In this document: positions 14,321 through 22,588 of the stretch, one piece after another
How the letters are laid out: each line of letters opens with the position of its first letter
Numbering within the stretch: the stretch's first letter is position 1
Source of the DNA: Yersinia phage CAU_YEP3
Sequence record: PQ863687.1
Reading direction: 5' to 3' (one strand)
DNA: 24,000 nt
The notes under the pieces: model-generated
The model's input: only the letters and a program-made list of their open reading frames with translations
Told to the model about the DNA's origin: nothing
The model's database searches: none
Made by a program: the position numbers and the translations under genes

Positions 14321-16211
14321 TGTAAACAGAAAATACAAAAAGCTCTCACACATCGAGCATATACTCCTTCGCCCAGAGCGCCATCTAGGGAGTATCCGTT
14401 CTTCTGTCGGGATGGCTTGGGTATATGATCTCAGCAAAGACAAAGTTGTATTTAAAGACAATTTTGAATATAACCCCGCTCTTATCAAACAGTTTGATGA
14501 AATCATCACCAACTGTGTTGACCACAGCAAGACACCTGAGGGCAAATCCCTGACGGAAATCACTGTCACGGTTTCCCCGATGAACGGTCAAATCATCGTT
14601 GCTGACAACGGCGGTATCCCTGTGGTCAAACATGAATCTGGTATGTGGTTGCCAGAAATGTTATTTTCAGAATTGTTTGCGGGATCAAACTTCAACGATG
14701 AAGACGAAGAGTACAACAACCAGAAGTCCGGCGGCCAGAATGGTGAAGGGGCTTCGTTGGTCAACGTGTTCTCAAAGTGGTTCCGCGTTACGACCAACGA
14801 CGGCAAGAAGTCTTATGCTCAGACGTTTGAAGACAACATGAGCAAGAAGTCTAATCCGGTCATCAGCAACATGAACAGTCCTGGCACTTCCATCGCCTGG
14901 ATCCCTGATTATGCTCGCCTGGGCGTCAAGGGGCTTGACCAGAACAACCTGCTCATGATCTATCGCCGTGCATTCGAAGTCGCAGCGTGTAACCCGCGCC
15001 TGAAGATTGTGCTCAACGGCAAGCAGATCCGCATTGACCGCTTTGGCCACTTTGTTGATTACTTCTGTGCTGGCTCTGCCGTTGATGAAACCGGGGACTG
15101 GTCTGTTGCTGTAGCCCCTTCATCCGGTACGTTCATGCATGCTTCATACGTGAACTCAATCGCCACCCACATCGGTGGTCCTCACGTTGATTATGTGGCT
15201 GACCAGATCGTGGCAGCGATTCGCCCTCAGCTGGTTAAGAAGTTCAAGACCGAACTGAAGCCAGCGATGATCAAGAACCACATGTCCTTGTTCATCGCTG
15301 CTGATATCAACAACCCGCGCTTTGATAGCCAGACCAAGGAGCGCATGACGACTCCTGTCAGTCAGTTTGGCACGTCCTACAAGCCCAGCGATAAGCTGAT
15401 CCGCAAGGCGCTGGAGTTCGTTACAGCTGGTCTGAGCAAAGAACTGGCGGCGCTGCGTAATGACCAGGATGATGCCGAGTTCGAAAAGGCCAAGAAGGAT
15501 ATCAGCAAGCGCGATTACCGTGAGATTGAGAAGTATTACCCGGCGACTGCCCGTGGTGATCGTAGCGGATGCTCCCTGCTGCTGACTGAGGGTGATAGTG
15601 CCTCCAACCCTATCCTGAACGCCCGTGACACCAAGAAGATCGGATTGTTCCCGCTTCGTGGTAAGTTCATCAACTGTCTGAACGCCCCGCGCTCAAAGGT
15701 GATGGCGAACGAAGAGTTCAAGAACCTGTGCACAATCCATGGCGGCGCAGTACCCGGCCAGCCGCTTGACATCAGCCGCTACCCACAGACTGTTGTGGCT
15801 ACTGATGCGGACGATGACGGCATCCACATCCGTGGCCTGCTGATCACCTTGTATTGCACCTACTGGCCGGAGTACGTCCGTCAGGGCAGGCTCAAGCTCC
15901 TGCGCACCCCTTACATGCGTGTGTGGTGCGGTAAGGTGATGCATGAGTTCATGAACAACGCTGAGTATGAGGAGTTCCTGAAGACACCTGACGCCAAGAA
16001 GATCACGAAGAAGAAATATCTGAAAGGTCTGGGCGGTAACAGCACTGAAGACTTCAAACGTATTCTAAACAACCTGGATGCGTATACTACGACGGTCACG
16101 CTGGACGACGGCTACAAACAGTCACTGAAGAATGGCTTTGGTGATGAGGCCGCCGATTACCGCAAAACCTGGTTTAGCGATGTTTGCCTGTTTAAAACGG
16201 ATAGTGAATAG
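14313..16211 (+). CDS. DNA topoisomerase II large subunit (ATPase plus TOPRIM)
   Basis: GHKL motifs FDEIITNCVDHS, IIVADNGGIPV, GGQNGEGASLVNVFS; TOPRIM motifs LLLTEGDSASN and VVATDADDDGIHIRGLL in one 632-aa ORF. Confidence 0.9.
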   Translation: MVDVNRKYKKLSHIEHILLRPERHLGSIRSSVGMAWVYDLSKDKVVFKDNFEYNPALIKQFDEIITNCVDHSKTPEGKSLTEITVTVSPMNGQIIVADNGGIPVVKHESGMWLPEMLFSELFAGSNFNDEDEEYNNQKSGGQNGEGASLVNVFSKWFRVTTNDGKKSYAQTFEDNMSKKSNPVISNMNSPGTSIAWIPDYARLGVKGLDQNNLLMIYRRAFEVAACNPRLKIVLNGKQIRIDRFGHFVDYFCAGSAVDETGDWSVAVAPSSGTFMHASYVNSIATHIGGPHVDYVADQIVAAIRPQLVKKFKTELKPAMIKNHMSLFIAADINNPRFDSQTKERMTTPVSQFGTSYKPSDKLIRKALEFVTAGLSKELAALRNDQDDAEFEKAKKDISKRDYREIEKYYPATARGDRSGCSLLLTEGDSASNPILNARDTKKIGLFPLRGKFINCLNAPRSKVMANEEFKNLCTIHGGAVPGQPLDISRYPQTVVATDADDDGIHIRGLLITLYCTYWPEYVRQGRLKLLRTPYMRVWCGKVMHEFMNNAEYEEFLKTPDAKKITKKKYLKGLGGNSTEDFKRILNNLDAYTTTVTLDDGYKQSLKNGFGDEAADYRKTWFSDVCLFKTDSE

Positions 16212-16220
16212 GGATTTGTT

Positions 16221-16793
16221 ATGAAAAGACTAATTTATGGAGTTGCCGTCAACGATTTACCTGAGAGGCCTATGTCTTTTGGTGGAAGATGCACCAAAGA
16301 ATACAACGCTTGGGTTAATATGTTGGAAAGGGTATACAGCCCCAAGTTCCAAGAGAAGAACCCCACATATATCGGTTGCTCTGTGGACCCAGTCTGGCTC
16401 AAAAGGTCTGAATTTGTTCTATGGTTTGATGAAAATTACAGATCTGGGTGGCAGTTGGACAAGGATATCTTACACCCAGGAAATAAAGTCTATGGACCAC
16501 AATATTGTTTGTATGTCCCAAGATGGCTTAATCTATTTACGATAGACTGTAAGAAGAAAAGGGGAGAACACCCGATTGGGGTTTATTTTGATAAACGAGA
16601 CGGAAAATATGTTTCTCAATGTATGGTCAATGGTAGACAAAAATATCTTGGTGGATTCGATAGCCCCGAAGAGGCTCATGCCACTTGGAAGGAATTTAAG
16701 ATAAAACTGGCGCTTGAAAAGAAACCAGAAATGGATCAAATAGACCTCAGGGTTTACCCCAACATTGTTAAAATTATTGAAGGTGCATCATGA
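16221..16793 (+). CDS. Homing endonuclease-like protein with C-terminal AP2-type DNA-binding domain
   Basis: YNAWVNMLERVYSPKFQEKNPTYIGCSVDPVW..FxxWFDENY and GVYFDKRDGKYVSQCMVNGRQKYLGGFDSPEEAHATWKEFK (AP2-like). Confidence 0.7.
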   Translation: MKRLIYGVAVNDLPERPMSFGGRCTKEYNAWVNMLERVYSPKFQEKNPTYIGCSVDPVWLKRSEFVLWFDENYRSGWQLDKDILHPGNKVYGPQYCLYVPRWLNLFTIDCKKKRGEHPIGVYFDKRDGKYVSQCMVNGRQKYLGGFDSPEEAHATWKEFKIKLALEKKPEMDQIDLRVYPNIVKIIEGAS

Positions 16794-18124
16794 AGACCAC
16801 AGAAACTTTGTCTGTTACCGATTTTATAAATCAGGACCACAAGGAGTTCTCTGTGGTCAACAGCATCCGTCAAATCCCTCAGCTGATTGACAGCCTCAAG
16901 CCAAGCCAGCGCAAGATCCTCTTCGCTGCTCTTGAGTACAACAAGGAGGAGATTGTTGACCGCCTTGGTATGTTCGCCGCCGCCCGCACCAACTACAAGT
17001 CTGGTGGCGAGAACATGAGCGGTACTATCGTGAACATGGCTCAGGGGTTCCCAGGTACGAACAACATCCCGTACTTTGACCGCGACGGCCAGTTTGGTTC
17101 TATCATGGGGCGCGACGCGTCGTCGGCTCGTTACATTTCGGTGGCTGTGTCTGACGTTATCCGCAAGATCTTCCGCAAGGAGGATGAGGGTATCTTAGAA
17201 TACAACTACCTTGGTGAAGAGAAGCTGGAGCCGAAGTTCTTCCTCCCCATCCTCCCCATGTTCCTCGTGAATGGCATCAACGGTATCGGCTCCGGTTATG
17301 CCACCGACACCCCGTGCCATTGCGTTAAGTCCGTGCTCAGTGCCCTGAGAGCGCTTCTCCGTGGCGATAACCCGACGGACTTAAAACCGTACTGGAACGG
17401 CTACAAAGGAGAGACAGGCTATACTGAGGAAGGAAGAGCATACAGTCGCGGTATCTTCCGCCGCGTCAATGCCACGACCCTGCACATCACCGAAGTCCCA
17501 GTGGGCTGGTTCGCCAAGACCTATGAGACCAAGGTGTTGCTGCCTCTGTATAAGGCAGGCGTCCTCACCGAGTATGCCAACGACACGACTGAAGACGGTT
17601 GGGATATCACTGTTGTGTTCAAGCGGGGCGAGCTGTCTAAGCTGCATGACGATCAGGTAGAGCAGATGTTCAAGCTGTATTCTGCCAACAAGCCTGTTTG
17701 GACGGCCTGGGATGAAGACGGTGTTATCCATCGCTATGCGGGTTGGCAGGATATGCTGCTGCCGTTCTTCAACTATCGCCTGTCCCGCTATGAAGACCGC
17801 CGCCAGTACATGCTGAAGGATATGGCTAACAGGATCCATAAACTGACCAACCGTGCTCTGTTTATCGCATGGGCTGTAGTGACTGACATGCGCCGGAGCC
17901 TTGATGAACTCAAGGCATTGTTCCAGACGGACTACCCAGACTTCGGTGGTGACCTTGACGAATTGTTCAAGATGCCTCTGTCATCAATCACTCTGGATGC
18001 TCGTGAGCGGCTGCTAAAGCAGATCGAGAACCTTGAAGCACAGCACAAGGAATTAAGTAAGAAAGAGGACATTGACCTCTACAACGATGACCTTGATGAC
18101 CTTGAAAAGGCTCTTGGTCTGTAA
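16790..18124 (+). CDS. DNA topoisomerase II medium subunit (DNA cleavage/rejoining)
   Basis: IPQLIDSLKPSQRKILFAAL, FDRDGQFGSIMGRDASSARYISVAVS (catalytic Tyr region), FFLPILPMFLVNGINGIGSGYAT. Confidence 0.9.
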   Translation: MKTTETLSVTDFINQDHKEFSVVNSIRQIPQLIDSLKPSQRKILFAALEYNKEEIVDRLGMFAAARTNYKSGGENMSGTIVNMAQGFPGTNNIPYFDRDGQFGSIMGRDASSARYISVAVSDVIRKIFRKEDEGILEYNYLGEEKLEPKFFLPILPMFLVNGINGIGSGYATDTPCHCVKSVLSALRALLRGDNPTDLKPYWNGYKGETGYTEEGRAYSRGIFRRVNATTLHITEVPVGWFAKTYETKVLLPLYKAGVLTEYANDTTEDGWDITVVFKRGELSKLHDDQVEQMFKLYSANKPVWTAWDEDGVIHRYAGWQDMLLPFFNYRLSRYEDRRQYMLKDMANRIHKLTNRALFIAWAVVTDMRRSLDELKALFQTDYPDFGGDLDELFKMPLSSITLDARERLLKQIENLEAQHKELSKKEDIDLYNDDLDDLEKALGL

Positions 18125-18128
18125 CACC

Positions 18129-18146
18129 GGAGGGGTTCGCCCCTCC
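18129..18146 (+). promoter_or_regulatory. GC-rich hairpin with TTCG tetraloop, no U-tract
   Basis: GGAGGGG TTCG CCCCTCC. Confidence 0.65.
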
Positions 18147-18166
18147 TCACCTGCGAGGATTGTGCT

Positions 18167-18457
18167 ATGTTCTATCTCCGTACTGCAGCGCCTATCTTGT
18201 TCCTTGTGTTCCTCTTTGATTTCCTGGTTCCTCGCTTCATCAAAGAAGAGGTTGCCTTCGGCCTCTATGGTGAGACTGAAGACCCGGAGGTCGATGAATA
18301 CTTCCCGATGTGTGCACTGAAAGACGTCGTTGAGGGTGAGCCGGGGGTTGTAATGGTCGGCACCATGCGTTCGTTCAACCTGTTTGGCTTCGCACTCTTC
18401 CCGAAACTGATCGGTGAACTGCGCCCATACGATCCTGAAGCCACTGTAGAGGGTTAA
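18167..18457 (+). CDS. Hypothetical membrane-anchored protein (96 aa)
   Basis: SD GAGGAT; N-terminal hydrophobic helix. Confidence 0.7.
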   Translation: MFYLRTAAPILFLVFLFDFLVPRFIKEEVAFGLYGETEDPEVDEYFPMCALKDVVEGEPGVVMVGTMRSFNLFGFALFPKLIGELRPYDPEATVEG

Positions 18458-18459
18458 TC

Positions 18460-18774
18460 ATGTCACAGCTTCTGAGTCCTAAACTTCTGTCCATGGGTGA
18501 TTCCCTGTATTTTCATTGCCCTGGGTGTGATATGCTTCACCCATACCGCGTGAAGGGATCCCCAGAACAAGGTCCGGTGTGGTCGTGGAACCACAATGTT
18601 GTTGAGCCTACGTTCACGCCGAGCCTGCTGGTGTTCAAAGATAGACCAGAATCGCGCTGCCATCTGTTCCTGACCGACGGCAAAATACAATTCCTCGGCG
18701 ACTGTTTCCACGATCTGAAGAACCAGACAGTGGATATGGTCGACATCCCTGAACCTGAAATTTGGATTGAATAG
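18460..18774 (+). CDS. Conserved phage-type protein, DUF6527-like
   Basis: CPGCDMLHPYRV...GPVWSWNHNVVEPTFTPSLLV...CHLFLTDGKIQFLGDCFHDLKNQTVDM pattern seen in a small phage/bacterial family; family name from memory. Confidence 0.6.
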   Translation: MSQLLSPKLLSMGDSLYFHCPGCDMLHPYRVKGSPEQGPVWSWNHNVVEPTFTPSLLVFKDRPESRCHLFLTDGKIQFLGDCFHDLKNQTVDMVDIPEPEIWIE

Positions 18775-18777
18775 ATT

Positions 18778-19188
18778 ATGAAATTACTGGGTTATTTCCG
18801 CGAACTCCCAACAGGCTCTGATGGCAAGTTGTTCTCACAGGTGAAGGGGGATGACATCGGTGATACGATGGTTCCCCTGTACACCCGTGACCTTCCTGCC
18901 GAAGGTTCCTGGGAGCGCCGTGTGGTCGCTGCCGCCAACAAATATGGTGATGTGATCGTCGTTGCCGACCGTCACCACAGCCGATTCATGAACAGCCAGC
19001 TCAAGATCCTGAAAGAGGCTGGCGTCATTAAAACCACCCATACCCGTGAACAGGGCTTCATCGACAACCAGGGCAACTTCCTCACTCGTGAAGAGGCTTG
19101 TGTCGTAGCCCGTGAAGCCGGACAAATCAATCAGGTGCGCCTGAAGACAACCCCATTCCGCGAACTCTTTTCCGAAGACCTCTATTGA
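18778..19188 (+). CDS. Hypothetical protein (136 aa)
   Basis: ORF starts 3 nt after upstream stop codon. Confidence 0.7.
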   Translation: MKLLGYFRELPTGSDGKLFSQVKGDDIGDTMVPLYTRDLPAEGSWERRVVAAANKYGDVIVVADRHHSRFMNSQLKILKEAGVIKTTHTREQGFIDNQGNFLTREEACVVAREAGQINQVRLKTTPFRELFSEDLY

Positions 19189-19194
19189 AGAAAA

Positions 19195-19214
19195 AGGCGG
19201 TATTATTACCGCCT
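19195..19214 (+). terminator. Hairpin, possible weak terminator (U-tract absent)
   Basis: AGGCGGTA ttat TACCGCCT. Confidence 0.45.
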
Positions 19215-19237
19215 GATCCCCATACGAGATAACAACT

Positions 19238-19462
19238 ATGGCTAATGAAATTGGTGATGTTGCTCAGTTCCGAGCTATCTCTCGACGCCTGAAAATGAAA
19301 GGCTTTGAAAAAGAAGAGATTGATGAAGACGTGCTCGGCGTATTAGAAGGAATGTTCGGCACTTCTGTTGGCTCGGAATTGTTTGAACTCTTAAAGATGG
19401 CAGCAGACAATGAGTTTGTGGAATACGCAACTGAACGAGCCATACATGGTATAAATTCATGA
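19238..19462 (+). CDS. Hypothetical protein (74 aa)
   Basis: ORF, overlaps next by 4 nt. Confidence 0.65.
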   Translation: MANEIGDVAQFRAISRRLKMKGFEKEEIDEDVLGVLEGMFGTSVGSELFELLKMAADNEFVEYATERAIHGINS

Positions 19463-19701
19463 ACCCAGAATTTGAAAATCTGTTCGAGCGCTGCTTTGAA
19501 CCAGGTTCTGTGTCCGGTTATATGGACCGCCTTTGCACTGACATTGTAACACGCCTTGCTGCCAAGGGTATCGTTGTCAACACCATTATTCGCAATGGCA
19601 ACAACTTTATCCTGCAGATAACTGATTATCGCCATCGCACAGGCATCTTCCAGGTGTCATGTGTTGACAACAGCATCATTGAATGGAGACGTTACGCATG
19701 A
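19459..19701 (+). CDS. Hypothetical protein (80 aa)
   Basis: ATGA overlaps on both sides. Confidence 0.65.
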   Translation: MNPEFENLFERCFEPGSVSGYMDRLCTDIVTRLAAKGIVVNTIIRNGNNFILQITDYRHRTGIFQVSCVDNSIIEWRRYA

Positions 19702-20297
19702 CCACATATGTAATCAACGGTGGTGATTTACTGAAAGCCGCCTGTAGCTTCAACCTGATCAACATCTTTGCTCACGGTGCCAACTGTTGGTCTACCATGG
19801 GTGCGGGCATCGCCCTGCACATCGGCAACAACTTCCCAGCCCTGCGCGAAGTCGATGCGAACGATCCTCGCGGTCCAGAGCAGCGACTGGGTGGTATGTC
19901 CTATGCTTTCGACCACGGCAAGGGTGTCTGGGGTGCGAACCTCTATACTCAGTTCTATCCAGGTCCGAACGCCCGTATGCCGTCTGTCATCAGTTCTGTT
20001 CAGATGCTGTTTGAGCAGGTTCACGAAATCGTGGAAGCGACTGACGACGAAACCGTCTATGTTGGCCTACCTGCTATCGGCTGTGGCATCGGTGGCCTGA
20101 AGCTCTTCAGCGTTGTATGCCAGATCAACAAGGTGGCAGTATCTGTGTTTGAAGAAACACGTCGCCGGGTTGTGCCTGTGTTCTACATCCGGGAGGAAGA
20201 CGGGTTCGATGATGATCTGATGGATCTGTCAGATCTGATCGAAGATGGTATCATGATTGTCGAAGATGAGCAAGAAATCATCGACGAGGAGGCGTGA
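19698..20297 (+). CDS. Macro-domain (ADP-ribose binding/hydrolase-like) protein
   Basis: TTYVINGGDLLKAACSFNLINIFAHGANCWSTMGAGIALHIGNNFPALREVD...VYVGLPAIGCGIGGL; start refined to 19698. Confidence 0.8.
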   Translation: MTTYVINGGDLLKAACSFNLINIFAHGANCWSTMGAGIALHIGNNFPALREVDANDPRGPEQRLGGMSYAFDHGKGVWGANLYTQFYPGPNARMPSVISSVQMLFEQVHEIVEATDDETVYVGLPAIGCGIGGLKLFSVVCQINKVAVSVFEETRRRVVPVFYIREEDGFDDDLMDLSDLIEDGIMIVEDEQEIIDEEA

Positions 20298-20692
20298 TGT
20301 CCCGCAAACCCGTGACTGAGGAGATGCTGGCGAAAGCCGCTCTCCGCCCCAAAGAGAAGTTTGCTCTCTTCCCAGTACGCTTGCATGACGGAAGCTGGAT
20401 CTGGCTCCAGCCGTATGTTCGTGCTCCTATCGGCCTGTATGCAAACTGCGAGTCCGACATTTTCGAATATGCGGCCTTTGCGAGAGGGGAAATCCCTGCT
20501 GTAGAAAGGAAGTATACTCTAAAGCAGTATCGAGTCGGCGGTGATTGGGCTGATGATGGGGAATACTTCCCACATCGAAACTTCAGAACCTTCGACAACT
20601 CATACCAATCCGTGGATTATGCTTCTGAGTTCGGAAGGACTTCACTGCAGATCCTCTTAGAAAAGGCAGGAGAAATTGATGTACAAGTCTAA
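20297..20692 (+). CDS. Hypothetical protein (131 aa)
   Basis: SD GAGGAGG 5' of ATG 20297; track start 20294 is GTG. Confidence 0.7.
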   Translation: MSRKPVTEEMLAKAALRPKEKFALFPVRLHDGSWIWLQPYVRAPIGLYANCESDIFEYAAFARGEIPAVERKYTLKQYRVGGDWADDGEYFPHRNFRTFDNSYQSVDYASEFGRTSLQILLEKAGEIDVQV

Positions 20693-21311
20693 TTTCTTGG
20701 CGGTGGCTGACAGTGAAACCCTGGGGCGCTGGGATGATGCCGTCATGCTGTCCTGGGCAGATACCATCGCAGACCTGACCAAGCGGTACACCCTTCAGCA
20801 ATTGGTCGAGGAGCACACGACGTTTATCAAGCTGAATGTCAAAGAGCAGATCGAACTCGGGCGCGTGAAAGACCAGGACACTGTTGAATGGTGGCTCGGT
20901 ACTGGCAAGCGCAATCCGTGTGATGCCGCCCGTGCCGTCAGCCTGTATCCAAAGGAAGGTGATATCTCTGTATTCCAGCTGGCTGACGAAATCCGCAAGG
21001 GTTGTCATCGCCGGGGTATAGACCCGCGCTCGGTTGACTGGTGCGATCGTAACTTGTTCGACCTGCGCAAGGCTCAACACATCATTGAGGTGACGTGCAA
21101 GCAGGACTCCAACGAGCCATGGGATTACCACCACACCTTCGACATCGTGAGCTGGCTGAAGGGCGTTGGGCAGCAGGACCGCTACGCTGGCATCAAGGCG
21201 TGGGAACTGGAAGGCATGGTCTATCATGATCCTCGCTATGATGCGGCTCTTGACTGGCTGCGCATTCAGAAGACCATGGAAGACCTGATGGGTCTGGAGG
21301 TAAGAGGATGA
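20679..21311 (+). CDS. Hypothetical protein (210 aa)
   Basis: SD CAGGAGA; track start 20676 is TTG, ATG 20679 preferred. Confidence 0.75.
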   Translation: MYKSNFLAVADSETLGRWDDAVMLSWADTIADLTKRYTLQQLVEEHTTFIKLNVKEQIELGRVKDQDTVEWWLGTGKRNPCDAARAVSLYPKEGDISVFQLADEIRKGCHRRGIDPRSVDWCDRNLFDLRKAQHIIEVTCKQDSNEPWDYHHTFDIVSWLKGVGQQDRYAGIKAWELEGMVYHDPRYDAALDWLRIQKTMEDLMGLEVRG

Positions 21312-21613
21312 ACCGATTCTTTGAACTCGTTGGCATGTTTACGGTGACGGCATTCCTCGTCGTTGTACTTGGTGTGCTATATTCCCTGTTTGTTCATCCA
21401 GCGTTCCAGGCCATCAGTATCATGCGCTGGATCACAGCTTGCTCATTATCGGTGGGGAATAAGCCACCGACCCTGAAAGAGAGGTGGAGTTTCTTCAAAT
21501 GGGGATACGATATCGGTGGGGTTAGGACAACCCGCTTCTCCAACAACACCGGAGAATGGTGTGGGATAGGCCGATGGCAAGTGTTCAAATCTGAAGACGA
21601 AGAAGCCCCGTGA
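21308..21613 (+). CDS. Membrane-anchored hypothetical protein (101 aa)
   Basis: N-terminal LVGMFTVTAFLVVVLGVLYSLFVHP; ATGA overlap with upstream. Confidence 0.7.
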   Translation: MNRFFELVGMFTVTAFLVVVLGVLYSLFVHPAFQAISIMRWITACSLSVGNKPPTLKERWSFFKWGYDIGGVRTTRFSNNTGEWCGIGRWQVFKSEDEEAP

Positions 21614-21623
21614 GGGGCTTTTC
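21603..21623 (+). terminator. Rho-independent terminator overlapping the 3' end of the gene
   Basis: AAGCCCC gtga GGGGCTT TTC; TGA stop lies in the loop. Confidence 0.8.
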
Positions 21624-21676
21624 TATATCCGGGATAGAGTATCATTGGTTCACCAACGAATCCTCGGGAAACTGCT

Positions 21677-21889
21677 ATGACCACCGCAAGAAGTTACAGA
21701 AAGAACTTCAACATCGAAGGGATTGAGTTCTATCACCATTACGCACAGGATGCCCATGGCACTGTATGCAACACATACATGCTCGATGGACGTCCAGTGA
21801 GCCCAGATGAGTTCTATCGTGTTCTGCGCGAGTCTACAGAAGAATCCCTGCCTTACATCATCAATGCCAACGGATTGATTAAACCATGA
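21677..21889 (+). CDS. Hypothetical protein (70 aa)
   Basis: ORF, ATGA overlap with next. Confidence 0.65.
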   Translation: MTTARSYRKNFNIEGIEFYHHYAQDAHGTVCNTYMLDGRPVSPDEFYRVLRESTEESLPYIINANGLIKP

Positions 21890-22581
21890 TCAACGTATCA
21901 ATAAACGACCGTGATTTCGTTCGCGATGTTATGACAAACAACAAAGACCCTCTTGCATACAATGGCGAAAAGGTTACTCTGTTTTGGTCCGGCGGCGTGG
22001 ACAGCACGTACATGCTATTCTGGTTGCTGTCTCACGGGTACGAAGTTCACACCATCTACTGCGAACTGGAGAACAACTCCTTCAAGGTGAAGCGTGAGAA
22101 CTGGGCGCGCAAGAAGATCAGGGAATGGGTGACCACCAATTCACCGAGGCTGAACATCAACTGGCATCACAGGGAAGAACCAATCAGCAAAATGAACATC
22201 CAGTCTGGCGAGTTCAGACCCTGTCTGGCTCAAGCTCCTGTGTGGCTAGTCAACACGCAATTTGCTTGTGGTCATTTCGGACAGGGCTTGCCAAGAACTT
22301 ATGTGATGGCATACGTCAACGGAGACGACGCTCTCCACTGGATCCCTGCCTTCAACAAGATCGTGGAGGGCTATAACATGTTGGCCAAAGACGGGCATGA
22401 GATCACCGTTCTCTTCCCTCTCGCCAGCATGAAGAAGACATGGTTCTACGAAGCCCTGTCGCCAATCTATGGGCTGATGACCTGGTGTGAATTTTACGTT
22501 CTGAAGAAGAACTGCGAATGCGCCGCCTGTGTCCGCCATCGCCATGAGTTGTCCGTGTTCGAGCAACAAATCTGTAAGTGA
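21886..22581 (+). CDS. PP-loop (N-type) ATP pyrophosphatase, QueC-like/PAPS-reductase-like
   Basis: VTLFWSGGVDSTYMLFWLLSHGYEVHTIYCELEN (SGGxDS) and C-terminal CEFYVLKKNCECAACVRHRHEL Cys cluster. Confidence 0.7.
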   Translation: MINVSINDRDFVRDVMTNNKDPLAYNGEKVTLFWSGGVDSTYMLFWLLSHGYEVHTIYCELENNSFKVKRENWARKKIREWVTTNSPRLNINWHHREEPISKMNIQSGEFRPCLAQAPVWLVNTQFACGHFGQGLPRTYVMAYVNGDDALHWIPAFNKIVEGYNMLAKDGHEITVLFPLASMKKTWFYEALSPIYGLMTWCEFYVLKKNCECAACVRHRHELSVFEQQICK

Positions 22582-22588
22582 GGATGGG

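Noticed and set aside
16237-16545. 102-aa ORF nested in the AP2-type endonuclease
   Set aside because: Alternative frame inside a well supported ORF, no domain or SD.
13490-16793. Group I intron hypothesis for the two endonuclease genes
   Set aside because: Topoisomerase ORFs on both sides appear complete with starts and stops, and the endonuclease ORFs directly overlap or abut them, leaving no room for intron RNA; free-standing homing endonucleases fit better.
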